A stretch of 64,000 nt of DNA from contig NW_015167536.1 of assembly GCF_001447785.1 (NCBI RefSeq), positions 372,001 to 436,000 of the forward strand. The letters run 5' to 3'. Each line of letters begins with the position of its first letter. Positions within the stretch are counted from its first letter, which is position 1. This stretch comes from Gekko japonicus. Taxonomy: Eukaryota. The notes beneath the pieces are model-generated. The model was not told where the DNA came from. It did not search any database and was given only the letters and a program-made list of their open reading frames with translations. Positions 44,801 through 57,977 of the stretch are shown in pieces. A program made the position numbers and the translations under genes.

Positions 44801-47800
44801 AGGACTGAGATTTTCTACCTAATTTGCTCTTCTGATCTATCCCCCCCCCAAAAAAAAGGCACCTACAAAGAAAAGGTTTTTTTGGGGGGGAACATATCGG
44901 TGGTTGTCTAGGAAGATCTTCCTAATTGCCTTTTAATATCAAATGCGTGTTTGAATCCACTGGGGGGGAGGACCCAAACCATCTAGTGAGTTATGTTTTG
45001 AGTCTGGAAACAATGGTGCGTTGTGCTTAAAGAGGAGCCTCGTTATTTGTAATGTTTATTTTTTCTCCCACCAGGGTACTCTCAGTTTAATCTTTCACAG
45101 TGTAATAAACTATTATCTTAGTTAATCCCAAAGGTGAATCCATCAAAACCTTTTAATAAAACGTTTATTAGTTCCAGCAAGTCTGGGAAGGCGGCAAACT
45201 GTAAGTACAGTGCAGCAGGCGGAACTTAAAGAAACTTGGGCTGATGGGGGGAGGATGTTAAATATAAAAGGGGGGGGCGTGTAAATATCTCCCAGCTGAG
45301 GTTGGGGAGGATAATTCTTCAGCATGTTGTCAATTGCAGTTGTCATTAGTCAAGGCCACGGAAGCCAAAGGAGCTGCAGAGAGGTGGACTAGAGAAATCT
45401 CAGGAATGATACACAGGACAGAACCAGGCCTCTGGTGGGGTCAGTCCGGATAAGAAACCCCATGCCTTGCTTTGGAAATTTTTTTTGGGGGGGGCGTGGA
45501 GGAGATACTCCCCCTTTTCAACGCCAGGTTCCTCACCAATACTTTGGGCTCCCTCCCCCATTCAGTGTCTGAACTAGTGGGGATAGGGAAGTGGACTAGA
45601 ATATCAGAAAGCCTCCATTAGGAGACAACAACCGTGATAGGGTGACACCGGAAGGGGGGGAAATTAGTCGCCCGGGAAGATCACCGGGCAGAAGGACAGT
45701 TATGATTCCTCGAAATCATAACTGTAAACTTCAATCTGTTAGTCTCCTTTTGAGCAATCCGGTTGGAATACGTGTCCACCTAATGCTATCTGGTGTAGAT
45801 CCATCATAAGACAGGTTCAACACACCACACTTTTTCTGCTTACACATGACCCAGTGACTTTGAGCGTGGCCTAGGATCTGTCCGCCTTTGCCTATTTTCT
45901 CATCAGCATGACAAAAGAATTAATTTCGACAGCCCGGCTTCCCTCCCTCCCTCCCACCCAAATGAAAGAACACAGATGTAAACCGCCGGACTGTTCGGAG
46001 CAGGTAAACGTATTGTCTTCCTCGGCGGGCCCTGAGCCTTTGAAGCGTGAACCATGAAGCAAGAGAATCACAACGGAGAAGAGACCCGGTTTGGTTTAAT
46101 GAAAACCACAGGCTCGAAAGGCCTGTTGGTAAGTCATTTCCTACGATTATTGAGGCAGTGGTGTCCCCCCCCCCTTTCAAAATCCATAACCAGTAGCTCT
46201 CCAACACATGTGAGACCCGCACACATATATTTCAGAAAAAGAAGGGTAAGAGAGGACTTCTTTCTTTTGCTAGTTTAGTAGGTAGGTAGATGGGTAGGTA
46301 GATGGGTAGGTAGATGGGTAGATAGANNNNNNNNNNNNNNNNNNNNNNNNNNNNNNNNNNNNNNNNNNNNNNNNNNNNNNNNNNNNNNNNNNNNNNNNNN
46401 NNNNNNNNNNNNNNNNNNNNNNNNNNNNNNNNNNNNNNNNNNNNNNNNNNNNNNNNNNNNNNNNNNNNGTGGTTCAACCTTCATGGAATGACCACGTTCT
46501 ACCATAGGGGGTATACACTCCACCCACTCAGGCCCATAAATCAGTCCTAGGTGGCTGTGTAAAAGAGACCCGTTTCCAATCTCTTTTGTTTTCTCCCTTC
46601 AAACATATTATGATCAGGTGTACATATGATCAACAAACTGCGCTCTTTGCGGTGGGGGTTTGGCTCCCCTCGTTCCGAGACGGGCAGCAGATTTACAGGG
46701 TATGTGTGTATTTCTGTTTTGATAGGAACAAACCTCCCCAGGCGGCATACCTTAAGTGGATTTGAGGGGATTGTTTCTCTCGCTGTCCTGTCGTAGCCTC
46801 ACACCAACTTCCAGAGAAGAGGGGAAAGTTCCCTTTTCCCTTGTTAATCACAGCAAGCTATCTCATAAGCCTCAATCTAGGAAGAGAACTAGAATTCTTC
46901 GCAGCCTCCCCCCCAGGAAGCGGGGGAGCCCCCCCCCCATCTCCCAAGGTTCTGCTCAGAGTCTCTGCTTCAGTCGTCCTGTTTAGTGCGAAATAAAGTT
47001 ACTGTCCGGGGGAGGCAGGCTGGTCCGCCTGGCGCATCCATCTTCGCTACCAAGGGGGCTCTTCCAACCTTATTATTGGTAGCCTCAGAGAAGTCGAAAA
47101 CTGCAAATAAACTCGTCTAGGGAGCCAGGCAGGAGATAGGAAGCGTTTGTTTAAAGCCAAGACGAGCGCAATCTTTCCCCCACCAAAGCACCGAGGGAGT
47201 TTATGGCACCCACCCACCCACTGCCCTCTTCTCTCTCCCCCCCCCCCCTTTCCTTCTCGTTTCATCTTTTCACACAGGCACCTTTGAGGAGAGGAAGGGA
47301 AAGCAAAGGGCTGGCCGAGCGGTGGAATTTACAACCTCCCAGCCCCCCATCTCCCCCAGCCCCCGCTTCCTGTGATTAGACAGATCAAACCGGACACCTA
47401 CCTGCGTTTACGACCCCTTCCCTTTCCTGCCTGGAAAGAGCTCCTGTAATAAAAGTCTAGCCACCCGTCACTTTTATTGGAGAGGTGGGGGGAAGGATTC
47501 TAGGTATGGCAGTATACCACCTGGTGAGACACGATCCGGGAGGGGGGAGACCAGGATAATTGTAGGGAAGGGGGGGTGCGACGTTGTTTTTGAAAGTGGG
47601 GATTCCTGTAATCCTAAAGTTTTTCCCCCCCACTGTCCCTCCCCCTCCCAAGCCAGAAAGAAAGTTTCCTGCCTGGAGGGAGGGCTACAGCAGAGGAGCG
47701 TCTCGGCCTCAGACATACTTAAGAGGCTTCCTAAATCTCTTGCAAATGCCTGTAGATTACATTACAGTTCATGTTACTGTTACTGTTTATGTTACAAACT

Positions 47801-50800
47801 CCTGCAAACGCTGATCCTGCCTGGGACAGAAAATAAATACTAAGGTCAACAGTAGTGACTCGCTTCCCCCACGTGACTGATCCGTCCTTGGGTCAGGCAT
47901 GGGGAGAGATCTGTACTTGTCAGGAAATTCCAGGCACAGCCTTATTAATAGCTATACAGATGTAAGTCTGCAAGCCTCTGTAAGCGTCTATGGAGGGATG
48001 TGCCTGCAGATAGATACTATACTACAGTGTACTATACTACACTATACTACACTATACACTTGAGTGGATACGACAGACAGTGTACAGGAGAAGGGGTAAT
48101 GGACTGGATATAGCTTGTTAGTTTTTGCCTCCCGTAAATTATTTTTTTCCTCATTTTCTAGGCTGCAAAAAAAGCAAGGAGGGATATTAGACATGGATGC
48201 ATGGACAAATAGGGTCTTTCCCCCCCCCTCCCCCAAAGATGACAGTCTGGCAAGTATTTCAGTGTTTATGTTATTATTGTGTCAGAATTGTGCCAGGATT
48301 GTGGGGGCAGAGTTTCGCCATGGAAGTGTAAAGTACCACCAAGAAGGACTGCGGAGGTGGGGGTGGGGAGAAAGCCGGGTGTTTACCACCCTATCGGGGT
48401 AGCTAAGATGGGAATCTGGCAGGAGAGCCAGAAACTGCAAGTCAAGCAAGCCACGATCATACAAAAATCGATAGCTGGGAATTCAACTCTTGACCGAATG
48501 GAAACGCCATTTGATAGAGAAGCTCTTTCAGAACTGGATCATAAATCAATACGACCAACGTATCAGTCAATCAATGCAGTTTGCACAGATGCAAGATATA
48601 CTCCTTTTATTTATCCTCTCCTTAAAGAGAAGGAGATAAAATCTAGTGTATTCAACAACCTTTCCCCACCTTGCCAAGAAAAGGGCAGCTGAGATCTAAC
48701 CGGAACTATTGCACTCGGCGCAAACAGCCAGGCCGGTTTAACCCTTCTGCCTTGCCAACGCGTCCCCCGCTTTTCATCGAGATTACTCAACCCATTGCAG
48801 TATTTTAAAGGAGAATATTTTCAAACACCCTCCCACAGATTCATTAATATTCTCAATGGGTTTCTTGGAGAAGCGGATTCTTCAGCGTTCTAATTTATAA
48901 AGCACCCAGGGGAGACATCCAAACAGAACTCCATTCACAGTATCCTCATATTGGAACGCCGAAGAGGAGGCGGTGTTGCCAATAAAGCGCGTGAGTTAAA
49001 ACGCATCTTGAAACCTGCATTTTCCCCACAATACTTTAAAGGTCTTCTTAGTGATAAGATCCAGAATGTGATCAAACTCCTTGCGCGCACACAAAAAGGA
49101 TGGGGGAGCCGGGGGAAACCCCTTCCAGGAAACGAGATTTGCCTGCATCGTGGGGGATGCAAAGATTTGCGGGGGTTATGCCGACGCCTAACTTTGCGAC
49201 GCCTAAAAGAACAAGGATACTTCGGGCACCCAGATCCTAGATAGATCTACCTAAAAGTGGAAGTGCTGGTTTTGCTGGAACTCCGCTTCCATAACAGTTC
49301 GCATTTCAGCATTTGTTTTTTACAATAGAGTTGCAAAACGGGGAGGGAGGGAAAGAAACCGGGTTGCTGCCAAAAAGTGAAAGTTCCCAGCCTTCTAGAA
49401 TCCCGCCCCCTCGGATTGTTAAAACACTCCTCCACCTTGTCTTGTGGTAAGGTCTGGCAAGGTTCATCAGCTACGGTAGCTTCAAAGGGCCATGCCACCT
49501 ACAGTTCCCCACGTCCTGGGCGATCATTACTTGCAATGCGATTCTCGAATAAGCGTTTAAAGAGCGATTTCTGTACCCTGGCTCTTTGAACACTGGACGC
49601 AGCCTACGGATCGCACTTTGCGACCTTTGCTCAGCTCTTCAGACATCTGCATGGAGCTTCTGCAAGCCAGGTTTGCAGGAAGACTCCAATCTTGTTCCTG
49701 TTTAAGTGTCTATTGCTGATAACGTTACCCGGCTTCAGGCTACAGGACTGGGTGGAAGAACCCTGGATAAATTCATGAGTCTTATACTCTTCTCTCTTTT
49801 GGATCCAATAATGCCTGATGCTAGTCAAGATGCCTACAAAGACTGATTGTCCCATGACAAGGCCTCACCTGGCTTTTCAGAACCTAGAGAGCTGCTATTG
49901 TTTTCGACTGCACCTCCCAGGTCGCTCCGACTTTTCTTTTTAAGTCCCTGTTTTTTCATAAGTCACACAACCGAAGGTTCCCCCCCCCTTTGTACTGAGC
50001 TCCCTTGTTATAGAGACCAATCTCTCTTCCCCCCTCACCAAATCATTCAGAAAGAATTTTAAGGTGAATGCCGATGAATTACAAATATTTCCAATGAAAG
50101 AGCACAAGATGAATAGTTAAGCATGATGATCTATTCCCTCTACCTGTGGTGGAATATGGGCTGTATTTATGGTTCATTTAAAAGGAAAGGGGGGGGTCTT
50201 TCCACAGTGATACAATTTTAAAGTCAAAATAAGATATGAAGCTTCGGCTAATGAAATTTGACTAGATTGCTTGCTGGTGGGGGGTGAGGATGGGAATGTG
50301 GCAGACATGGGTGAATGTCACATTGCCTCTGTCAGTCAAAACATGTTCTCCTCTGTTTGGCTTCTGTGTACATAGATCATCGCCTACATGTGATTTCCTC
50401 TTCTGGAGTGGAGGGCTGGGATCACGTGGTCCCAGTCCGGGCATGCTCCCAGTCATTTCTGGAAACAAGTTTTGATTTCACACCAGGACACAAATCTTCT
50501 AACTACCTTTCCATCTTTCAGGGTAAGAAAGGTCAGTTAAAAAAAAAAAAAAAGTATCGCCCACCCCCAAGTATCCATTATGAGGAAACAAAACAAAAAC
50601 CCAAGAAAGAAATAGAGTGAATTGATGGGGGAAGGAGACTCCAAGCTTGCCGTAATCATAACTCCTCAAAGTAATTGCCCCCATTGTGTAGATGGAATGC
50701 TTTGCGCATAGAGCTTTTCAGTCTATGTGTGCAGAAGTTATCTCCGTGTGTGTCAATAATAAGTGACCTGGAAACCAAACTGAAAGTCTCTGGGTATAGA

Positions 50801-50844
50801 CAGATATGGATATAGATCTATTGATCGTTCTAGCTATCAGCAAG

Positions 50845-51150
50845 GAGGATATCAGAGATCAATAATAACCAGGGTTCATATAGTCCAGCGTTCTGTTTCC
50901 CACTGGATGTTCTAGGACCCACCAGTGGAACACAATGTGAGGGCCATCCCCTGATGCTTGTCATCAGGATCAAGAAGAGAGACACACACTAGCTCTGTCC
51001 ATGGAGGTGCTGCCTAGTTTTCGTGACTAATGACCATTGGTACGTTCTCTCAAAGTGATCTGAGTGGCCTCATTATCACCTTGCGGTGGTGCGTTCCCTC
51101 AGCTGATGATGTGGTACATATGACAAAACTCCATTGCATTTGTTTATCTA
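50845..51150 (-). mobile_element. Old CR1-like LINE 3' fragment
   Basis: agggttcatatagtccagcgttctgtttccc...ccatggaggt...tgactaatgaccattg resembles reverse-oriented reptile CR1 3' ends. Highly decayed. Confidence 0.45.
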
Positions 51151-54100
51151 CTGGAATCAGAGCTGTCAAATGAAAGCCTATTTGAAAAACTGCGAGGAAA
51201 GGAAGCTGCGATGAAGACACTGATTTCTAACCTAAACCTTGATCCGATCTCTTGTGACTCTCATTTCTCCATCTCCTTGGCCACAAAAACTGGACAACTT
51301 TTTATAAGTGCATCTCTCCCCTCGCACCCCATGCATAGATCGCGTGGAATTCTTGAGCACCCTCCGTGAGAGAAACATGGGTGCCCAGCTACGGGACCTT
51401 TTTCCACGTGGAGCCACGCATGTCACCAGGGCGCCAGCAATCCGTATTCAACCTGGCTTCTCCGGGCTCACATCACAAGAGCAATTAGGAGGAACACCCC
51501 GTTCAAGTAACGTTAAAAGAGTTCAGCTGTTGCCTAGTGAAAGCGCCTTGGGGCAAGGCTGGAACTTCTCCCCACCGGAGCACAATGGCTGGGCGCAGAT
51601 TCAGCTGCTACATGTTTGGAACGGTGAAATGCCCACCTTGCCTTTGAAGGAATACCACGTTGTCTAGTTTAACTGAGTCATTACGAGCTACGTTACATCC
51701 CCGTTGTGTTGGCTACAGATCTTCCACTACAATGCTGGAGTTGTATAGGAATAAAAAATATATATGTGGAAAGTGTCACAGGGGTAGGCATCGTGAGTAG
51801 CCTCTTCCGTGGTATGCCTCACAACCAATTCCTTCCAAAGGAACAATACCTGGGGTACGGCCTCCTGCAAATCCAGGTCTCCTTTCCCTCCTCCCTCTCC
51901 TCCATTGTCTACATGTATGGTTCCATTTATTGACTCATTTCAGAAAGACTGTGTGCACAGCTGTCCCCCCCCCCCCACCTCCCCATGAGTGGACTCAAGC
52001 GTGGCTTGGGCTTTCCCCCTGGAAGTATGGCACATGCGGAGAAAAGCAAAAAGACGCCTGCCAATCAGTCCCCCCCTCCTGCCAAGAGTTCAGCTTCTGC
52101 AGAACAGATTGGGGTTCCAAAGGCGTTTTGGGGTGGTCGGCACAATGAGTTCGGTTTCCGTGGTCCAAAAACGGTAAGACCTGGGACCGTGGAAGGCTTT
52201 TGTGTTTGTTTGTTTATTCATTCATTTCCCCGATGATTGAAAGGCGTCTGTGAAAATCTGGAGGAACAAGGTCTTGCCTCGCTTCATTTCACAAGACATT
52301 TCCGGTAAACGAAACAGAGTCGTTGCAATCGCAATGGGTGTTCTGTATGCAATACGGATCGCTGTTGTGTTCCCGGGCGAAATATTGAAACAGGCGAGGA
52401 AAGTGGTCTTACTTTAGGCCCGTGAATATCTGAAATGTTCTAGCATTTAGCCAGCTGAAATTCTGTAGTGATAGAATGTAAAAATTCTCCATTTCCACCA
52501 TAGGCAAAGTTCTGGCCCGCGAAGGTTCCCTGAGACCTACCATACACACAAGGGTGTGCAAACCCTACAGCAGAAGGCAGGTGTGTGTAGCCATGCATAC
52601 ACACATGCCTGCAGCATACACAAAGTAAATGCACAAGTGTACCCTATGGCAACATTCTGAAAACCTGGTTCTTCTAGGTTGGAAGCGAATGAGTGGTTTT
52701 CATTCTTGATCTCTCAGCCAATGCAAATCAAATCAGGCGGAAATAATTGTACATTAGGTTCCAGGAAAGGTGTTTTGTTGTAAGCTAGAAAGTGCAATGC
52801 ATATCAGGTCCCCTTCTTCCTTTTGTATGTGTGTGAACTTTTCTCCAGGGTTCTCTTTCTGCCTTTCCTGCTAACTAAACAGCCCAGTCCACAACTCATT
52901 AGAATTTCAATGGTCGGTGTTGCCCATATTTACGGTCCTCTCTTATATATGTTTTTACTTTAAAATAAGTGTTCTGAAGCTTGCAGCCTTACATACATAC
53001 ACGTACACACACTTCTGAACCAGACGTGATTCAGGCTAGAGTCAAAGCAGTTCTGCATTGCTGATAGGTATCATTTGTAATGCTGTTTTTCAGGAAGTCC
53101 AAGGATAATAAAAAATGTGATGATGGAGGATTCCAAACGTACACCAGTGAACTCTGGAGAGAAGTACGGCCTACAGCAGGAGCGTGGAGTTCCTGGAAAC
53201 CTCAGAATTTTGTTTTAAAATATTGTATATTGTACATGCTTAAATTCAATGGTTCTGGAAGTACTATATATACAATTAGGTCAACTTTCCTTTTCTGCTG
53301 TTCACCAAGGGGACGTGATGTCAGAGACATTCTATCATCAGCACAGAATGTAAGCTAGTCACACACACAAAAAAAAGGGGATACAGGACTTTGGGGGTGA
53401 ACTTGTCTCTTAAGAATCATCCAGAAACTGAACCAAAGAAAGAGTAATCAGAAAAGGTACCACCAGGAAAGGAACATCAGTCATGTTTCCTTAAAGCAGA
53501 ACCTTCTACAAATCTATACTGTCTTTCTCGTGGGCTTTGTAGGCCAACAGAAGGCGTAACTGTGCCTCTTACGGCTTTACAGGGAAAGTTTCACAAACAG
53601 CCTATCAGGTGCCTTCATGAGTGAAATTGGATCCTCACACTTTTCCTAGATCTAAATGGGAAAACTAGAAATGCAGGGGAGGGGGGCAGTCTCCAAACTG
53701 ATATTTCCTCAATGAAGGAACCCTAGACACCCAGCTTTGCACTTACAAGGTGCTTTTTTAAAAAAATGCAAATCTGCCCTAATATTTTTACCCCCTTTGT
53801 TCTAAGACACACTTCTCCCCATTTTCTTGAAGATGGGCAAAGTGCGAAGGACTTTGCCTTCCAGCTGAGGTCCGGCAAGTACTAGACAAACAAACTGCCT
53901 GTCAGGCCTGTCCTTTCTGGCAACACATTTGAACATACTTCACAGCTTCATCTCTTAAGCAAATCTTGCAAAAGGCCGTCCATTTGCCATCCAGGCTCCA
54001 ACCTCCCTCAACCATTGTCAGCTTCTCAGACCAGCTCAAGAGTCTTCCGCTGGTGCACTGAACCACATCAATGAAGCACAACCTTCAAAATTCATGATGC

Positions 54101-54664
54101 CTCCAGGCTATTGCGGAAGTCCCCATATTGCTAGGATAATTTAGCTGACATCTTTGGGAGAGCCAAAGAATACATACCAATGACTACGCAACCCTACTTT
54201 CCCAGTGCTACCTTCCTTGGCAAAGGAAGGAGGGGGTGAAAGAGTTGTTGAATCAACCCGCTGGAAATGATCATATGTAACCATTGCACCTGAATCCTAA
54301 ACTCAACTGTACTTTTAGTCTCTCTACATCTGTCTGTCTGACTCTGGCCTACATAAAGTGCAACGGTCATGGCAATGCCTCTAGTAAAGGCAGCACCAGC
54401 AGGTCTGTCTGCCTGTCTGTCTAAAATACCCTCCTTAGGATGACAAAGAGGGAGCAAGTCTCCAGGTTCTCCAGAGGGAGCAAGTCTCCAGGTGGCACCT
54501 TAGAAATGAACTGGGATATTGTGATAAGATCAGCCCTGGGCACCCGGACTGCTCCATAAGTGGTTCGCATAAAAGTGAATAGAGAAGGTGTGGAGATGAA
54601 GGAATAGTGGAGGGAAGATCAAGGATACACAGCAACATTATCAACACCAGCTTTTGCATAATGC

Positions 54665-54840
54665 TTTTCATAAAGCACTTTACACCCGTCAGGATAGGGC
54701 AGTAAGGCTGCACCATCGTATCACCCTCCCACACTGTATATGAGCTGAAACAGAGAGACGGTGGGTTGCTCAAGGCCATCTAAGTAGGTTATGAAGGAGG
54801 CCAGGCTGGAACCGAGGATGTCCTAGCTTGTGGCTCCTCA
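54665..54840 (-). mobile_element. Old MIR/CORE-type SINE fragment inside the cluster
   Basis: aaagcactttaca...gagctgaaacagagagacggtgggttgctcaaggccatc...ggctggaaccgagg has the same layout as 3585-3800. Confidence 0.45.
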
Positions 54841-57795
54841 GGGAGAGTTTTCTAGGTGGGAAACTGCCTCCTTAGTCTCCACGACAGATCCAAGAGCACA
54901 CACCCTGACCCGTGGTATTCCTGGGGGCGGTGGGAGGACGGGGGTCAAAGCCTCAAAGGGAAGGACTTGAGAAGACCGACGCTGCCTTTGAAATTCTGAT
55001 TCACGCCACACTGATGGAACGTCGCATCTCAACCGGAAAAAAAGGTGTCTTCCAAGTTTCCTTCCCTTCCCTTCCCCTCCATCCATGCTTTCCTCCCGCT
55101 GGGCTCTCCGGCCTAGCTCCTGCCTTTCCGGTGCGTCTTCCTGTACCCCCACCTGCCCACCCTACCAAGAAGCAAACTTTCCAGCCCGAGTGCAATGCGC
55201 ATGCACTTTCCTTCCCACCCCCAGCCCCCACCCTTTCCTTTTAAAGCTACGGCTGTCCTCGCCGAAACTTCTTGACAGGACTTTCTCTTGAGGAACAAAC
55301 GTGGCTCGCAACCCGCGACTCCCCCCCCCCCCCGGCCCGCTCCCCCCCCCGGTACGATCCAAGCCTTGCAGAGAAGTGAAGAGAGGGATGAGAGGAGGAG
55401 GAGAGAAGGGGGGGAGTGAAGCAATCTCAGCCTCACCAGTCCCATAAGCGCTGGCTCCTTATCTAATTTTCCACAAGCCCCCGAGGAAGTGAAGGGTGTG
55501 TGCGGGGGGAAGAGGTCTGATCTTGCTTCCTGACGTTCGGCACAGCAAGGCGGCGGAGTGAGCCCGCTCCCCGACCACCGCCACATGCACCCACCCTGAC
55601 GCACGGCACTTTCGCCCCCTGCCCCGGGCTCAAGGTGCAACTGAGCCTCCCCCCCCCCCCAACAAACCCCGAACCCCCCGGGCAACCGGGGGGAGAGGAG
55701 GGAGGGGGGAAGAGAGGAGGGGTGGGGGTGGAAAACCACCGAAATTAACTTACAGATCTCGCCAGGGATCCATTTGAGGAAGATGTACCTTCCCCAACAG
55801 CCGCCCGAGCCGTCGTAATCCGCACTAACTGCCTTGTCCCACCGTCCCAGCATTAAACAGCTCTAGCAGCTGCGATGGTGGACAGTTAAGATTATATATG
55901 ATGTAAATATATTGTGGGTATGTCAGCTCCCCCAAACCATAAAACTTAGTTTAATGACACCACGTGCTCACCGAGAGCCATTCAGGGCCTTTGCTTTGGG
56001 CTATCCACATAAATAACCTTCAAAAGTTTTAAACTACTAAATTCACTTAGAAGCCACGGGTATTTTCGCCTAATGTTCTGAGGGCAAGAGGGGAAAGGCT
56101 TGGCTTTTTAAAGTCCTGGATTATTATTATTTGTTTTTTCCCCCTCCTCCCCCCCTCCCCCGTGTCTCTTTGAAAGCACACAAACATTGGGACTTCGGGT
56201 CTCCCTCCCTCCCTCTCTCTCCCCTTTTCCCCCCCTTCCCTCTCCCTTCCTTTCTGTTTGGAGGCCTTTTTTTAAAAAGTCCCCACTGTGTTGACACACG
56301 GATGACAGTGAAGGTAAGCGATGTTTCATTTCCTTCTTGACTTTGCAAGAGTTCTTTTCGGGAGGAGGGGGCTGGAAAGCAAGCCAAAAAAAAGGGAGGG
56401 GTCGAGGAGGGGGGCTAGGTAGTGAATGCCGAAAAGCCAACGACAAGCCCAACGACCAAATTATTAATCAGTCCTGAAAAATTACTTTTTAAAAAGACAG
56501 GGATAGAGGCCCAAATAGTCCCACGTTGTTCGCTGGATAAACGAATAATTAATCATAAGGCTCTGTGTGTGTGTGTGTACTCGGCTGGTTCGCGTTATGG
56601 TAATGGAAAAGTTTGGGCTGCTACACGCGAAGGGGCTCGCTCGCTCTCTCCCTCTCTCTTCTCTCCAACCCCCCCCCCCAAAGATAAAACAAAAAGTGCA
56701 TCTGATTTTGTTAACCCTAACCTGTCAAGCCCAATTATTCTTTTGGCAGACTTCCGATTAAAGGGAAAGGCAAGGCCAAGATTTAAAGAAAAAGAAGGGA
56801 GGGCAAGAAAGCCTTAAGACAAAATAGATCAAAACAGATGTTTGAAAAAGAAAAACACCTTTGGGTTTAAGAGCAGAGTTACCTAGACAGGCATCTTTCT
56901 TTTCTGTTCCTGAGTGGGTTATACACAACTCTCATTTTTCGAACACCGGCAAGATTCTATATCTAGAGCGGTTNNNNNNNNNNNNNNNNNNNNNNNNNNN
57001 NNNNNNNNNNNNTCGGAGATTATAAAGACATACAACAAAAAAGACGGCGGGGGGGGGGGGGGCGATAGCCCTGGATCAGACAAGAAAAGCTAGAGGTTTG
57101 AACCGGTTTACCCTGCTTTTATTGAAAGTGGATGCCTAAACAGACGAGCGAACAAACAAATAAATCGACAAGTTGATCCAGAGAAAGGGGGAAAGAGAGA
57201 CTTTCGAGCGGACTGTAAAATTGCCATAAAAGAAATGGCCATCGCCGTTGTGACAGTACTATCTGATCCTGTCGGGGACTACTCCGTCAAGAACGGCAAT
57301 ACTAATATCAGTGGACTACTAGGAAGAGGACAGGGTGTGTGGGTCGGGGGGACGCCATGCCAATTGGGTGATTTTTATTTTTTTTATTTTTTATTTTTTG
57401 GGAGACTGCTCCAGTGGTGCCCTTAGAAGTTTCCCCCTCGTGAAAAGGAAGGCTTATTTCCAGGTTCAGGAAATTGCTCCATTGTTTGGAACGTGTAAAG
57501 GAAATACTACAAAGGTTTTATGGAGCCATTGAGGGTCCCCCATCCCACCCCGAGTTTGTTTCTACTGTAAATAGTTCTCAAGACAGGGCAGGCCTGAGGG
57601 AGGGAGAGAGAAAGAGGGAGGATGTTTGGTGTATATAGTGAATGCGTGTAGGTTTATTGCTGAACAGGAACACGAACTCTCACACACAAAAAAATACATG
57701 GGCAGCCTCCTTCCGAATGTCCATTGGCCTGTTCCCCTAGTTAAGTCAAACTTTTAGATGCATGGGACAATGTTAAATGCATAAGATGATATAAG

Positions 57796-57977
57796 CAGTG
57801 TTCCCTCTAAGCTCTAAGCCTTTGCTTAGCTCTAAGCTCTAAGGCTTTGCTCAGGAAGGATGTCTCCAGAGCAAACTAATTTATACAGCAGCCAAATCGC
57901 TCGCTCACAACTTTAAGGCCAGTACTTCACAAAGTTGAATTTTGCTCTCAAGACTCCACAGCTTAGAGGAAGCACTG
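57796..57977 (+). mobile_element. hAT-type MITE, CAGTGTTCCCTCTAAGCTG family, between HoxC5 and HoxC4
   Basis: Termini cagtgttccctctaagct and agcttagaggaagcactg. Near-perfect TSD GATATAAG / GATAGAAG. Confidence 0.88.

Noticed and set aside
48279-48692. 137-aa plus-strand ORF with protein-like composition
   Set aside because: No ATG at the called start, no recognisable domain, antisense within a Hox intergenic region.
55113-55853. 246-aa minus-strand ORF
   Set aside because: Low-complexity GC-rich CpG island translation with no homology signal.
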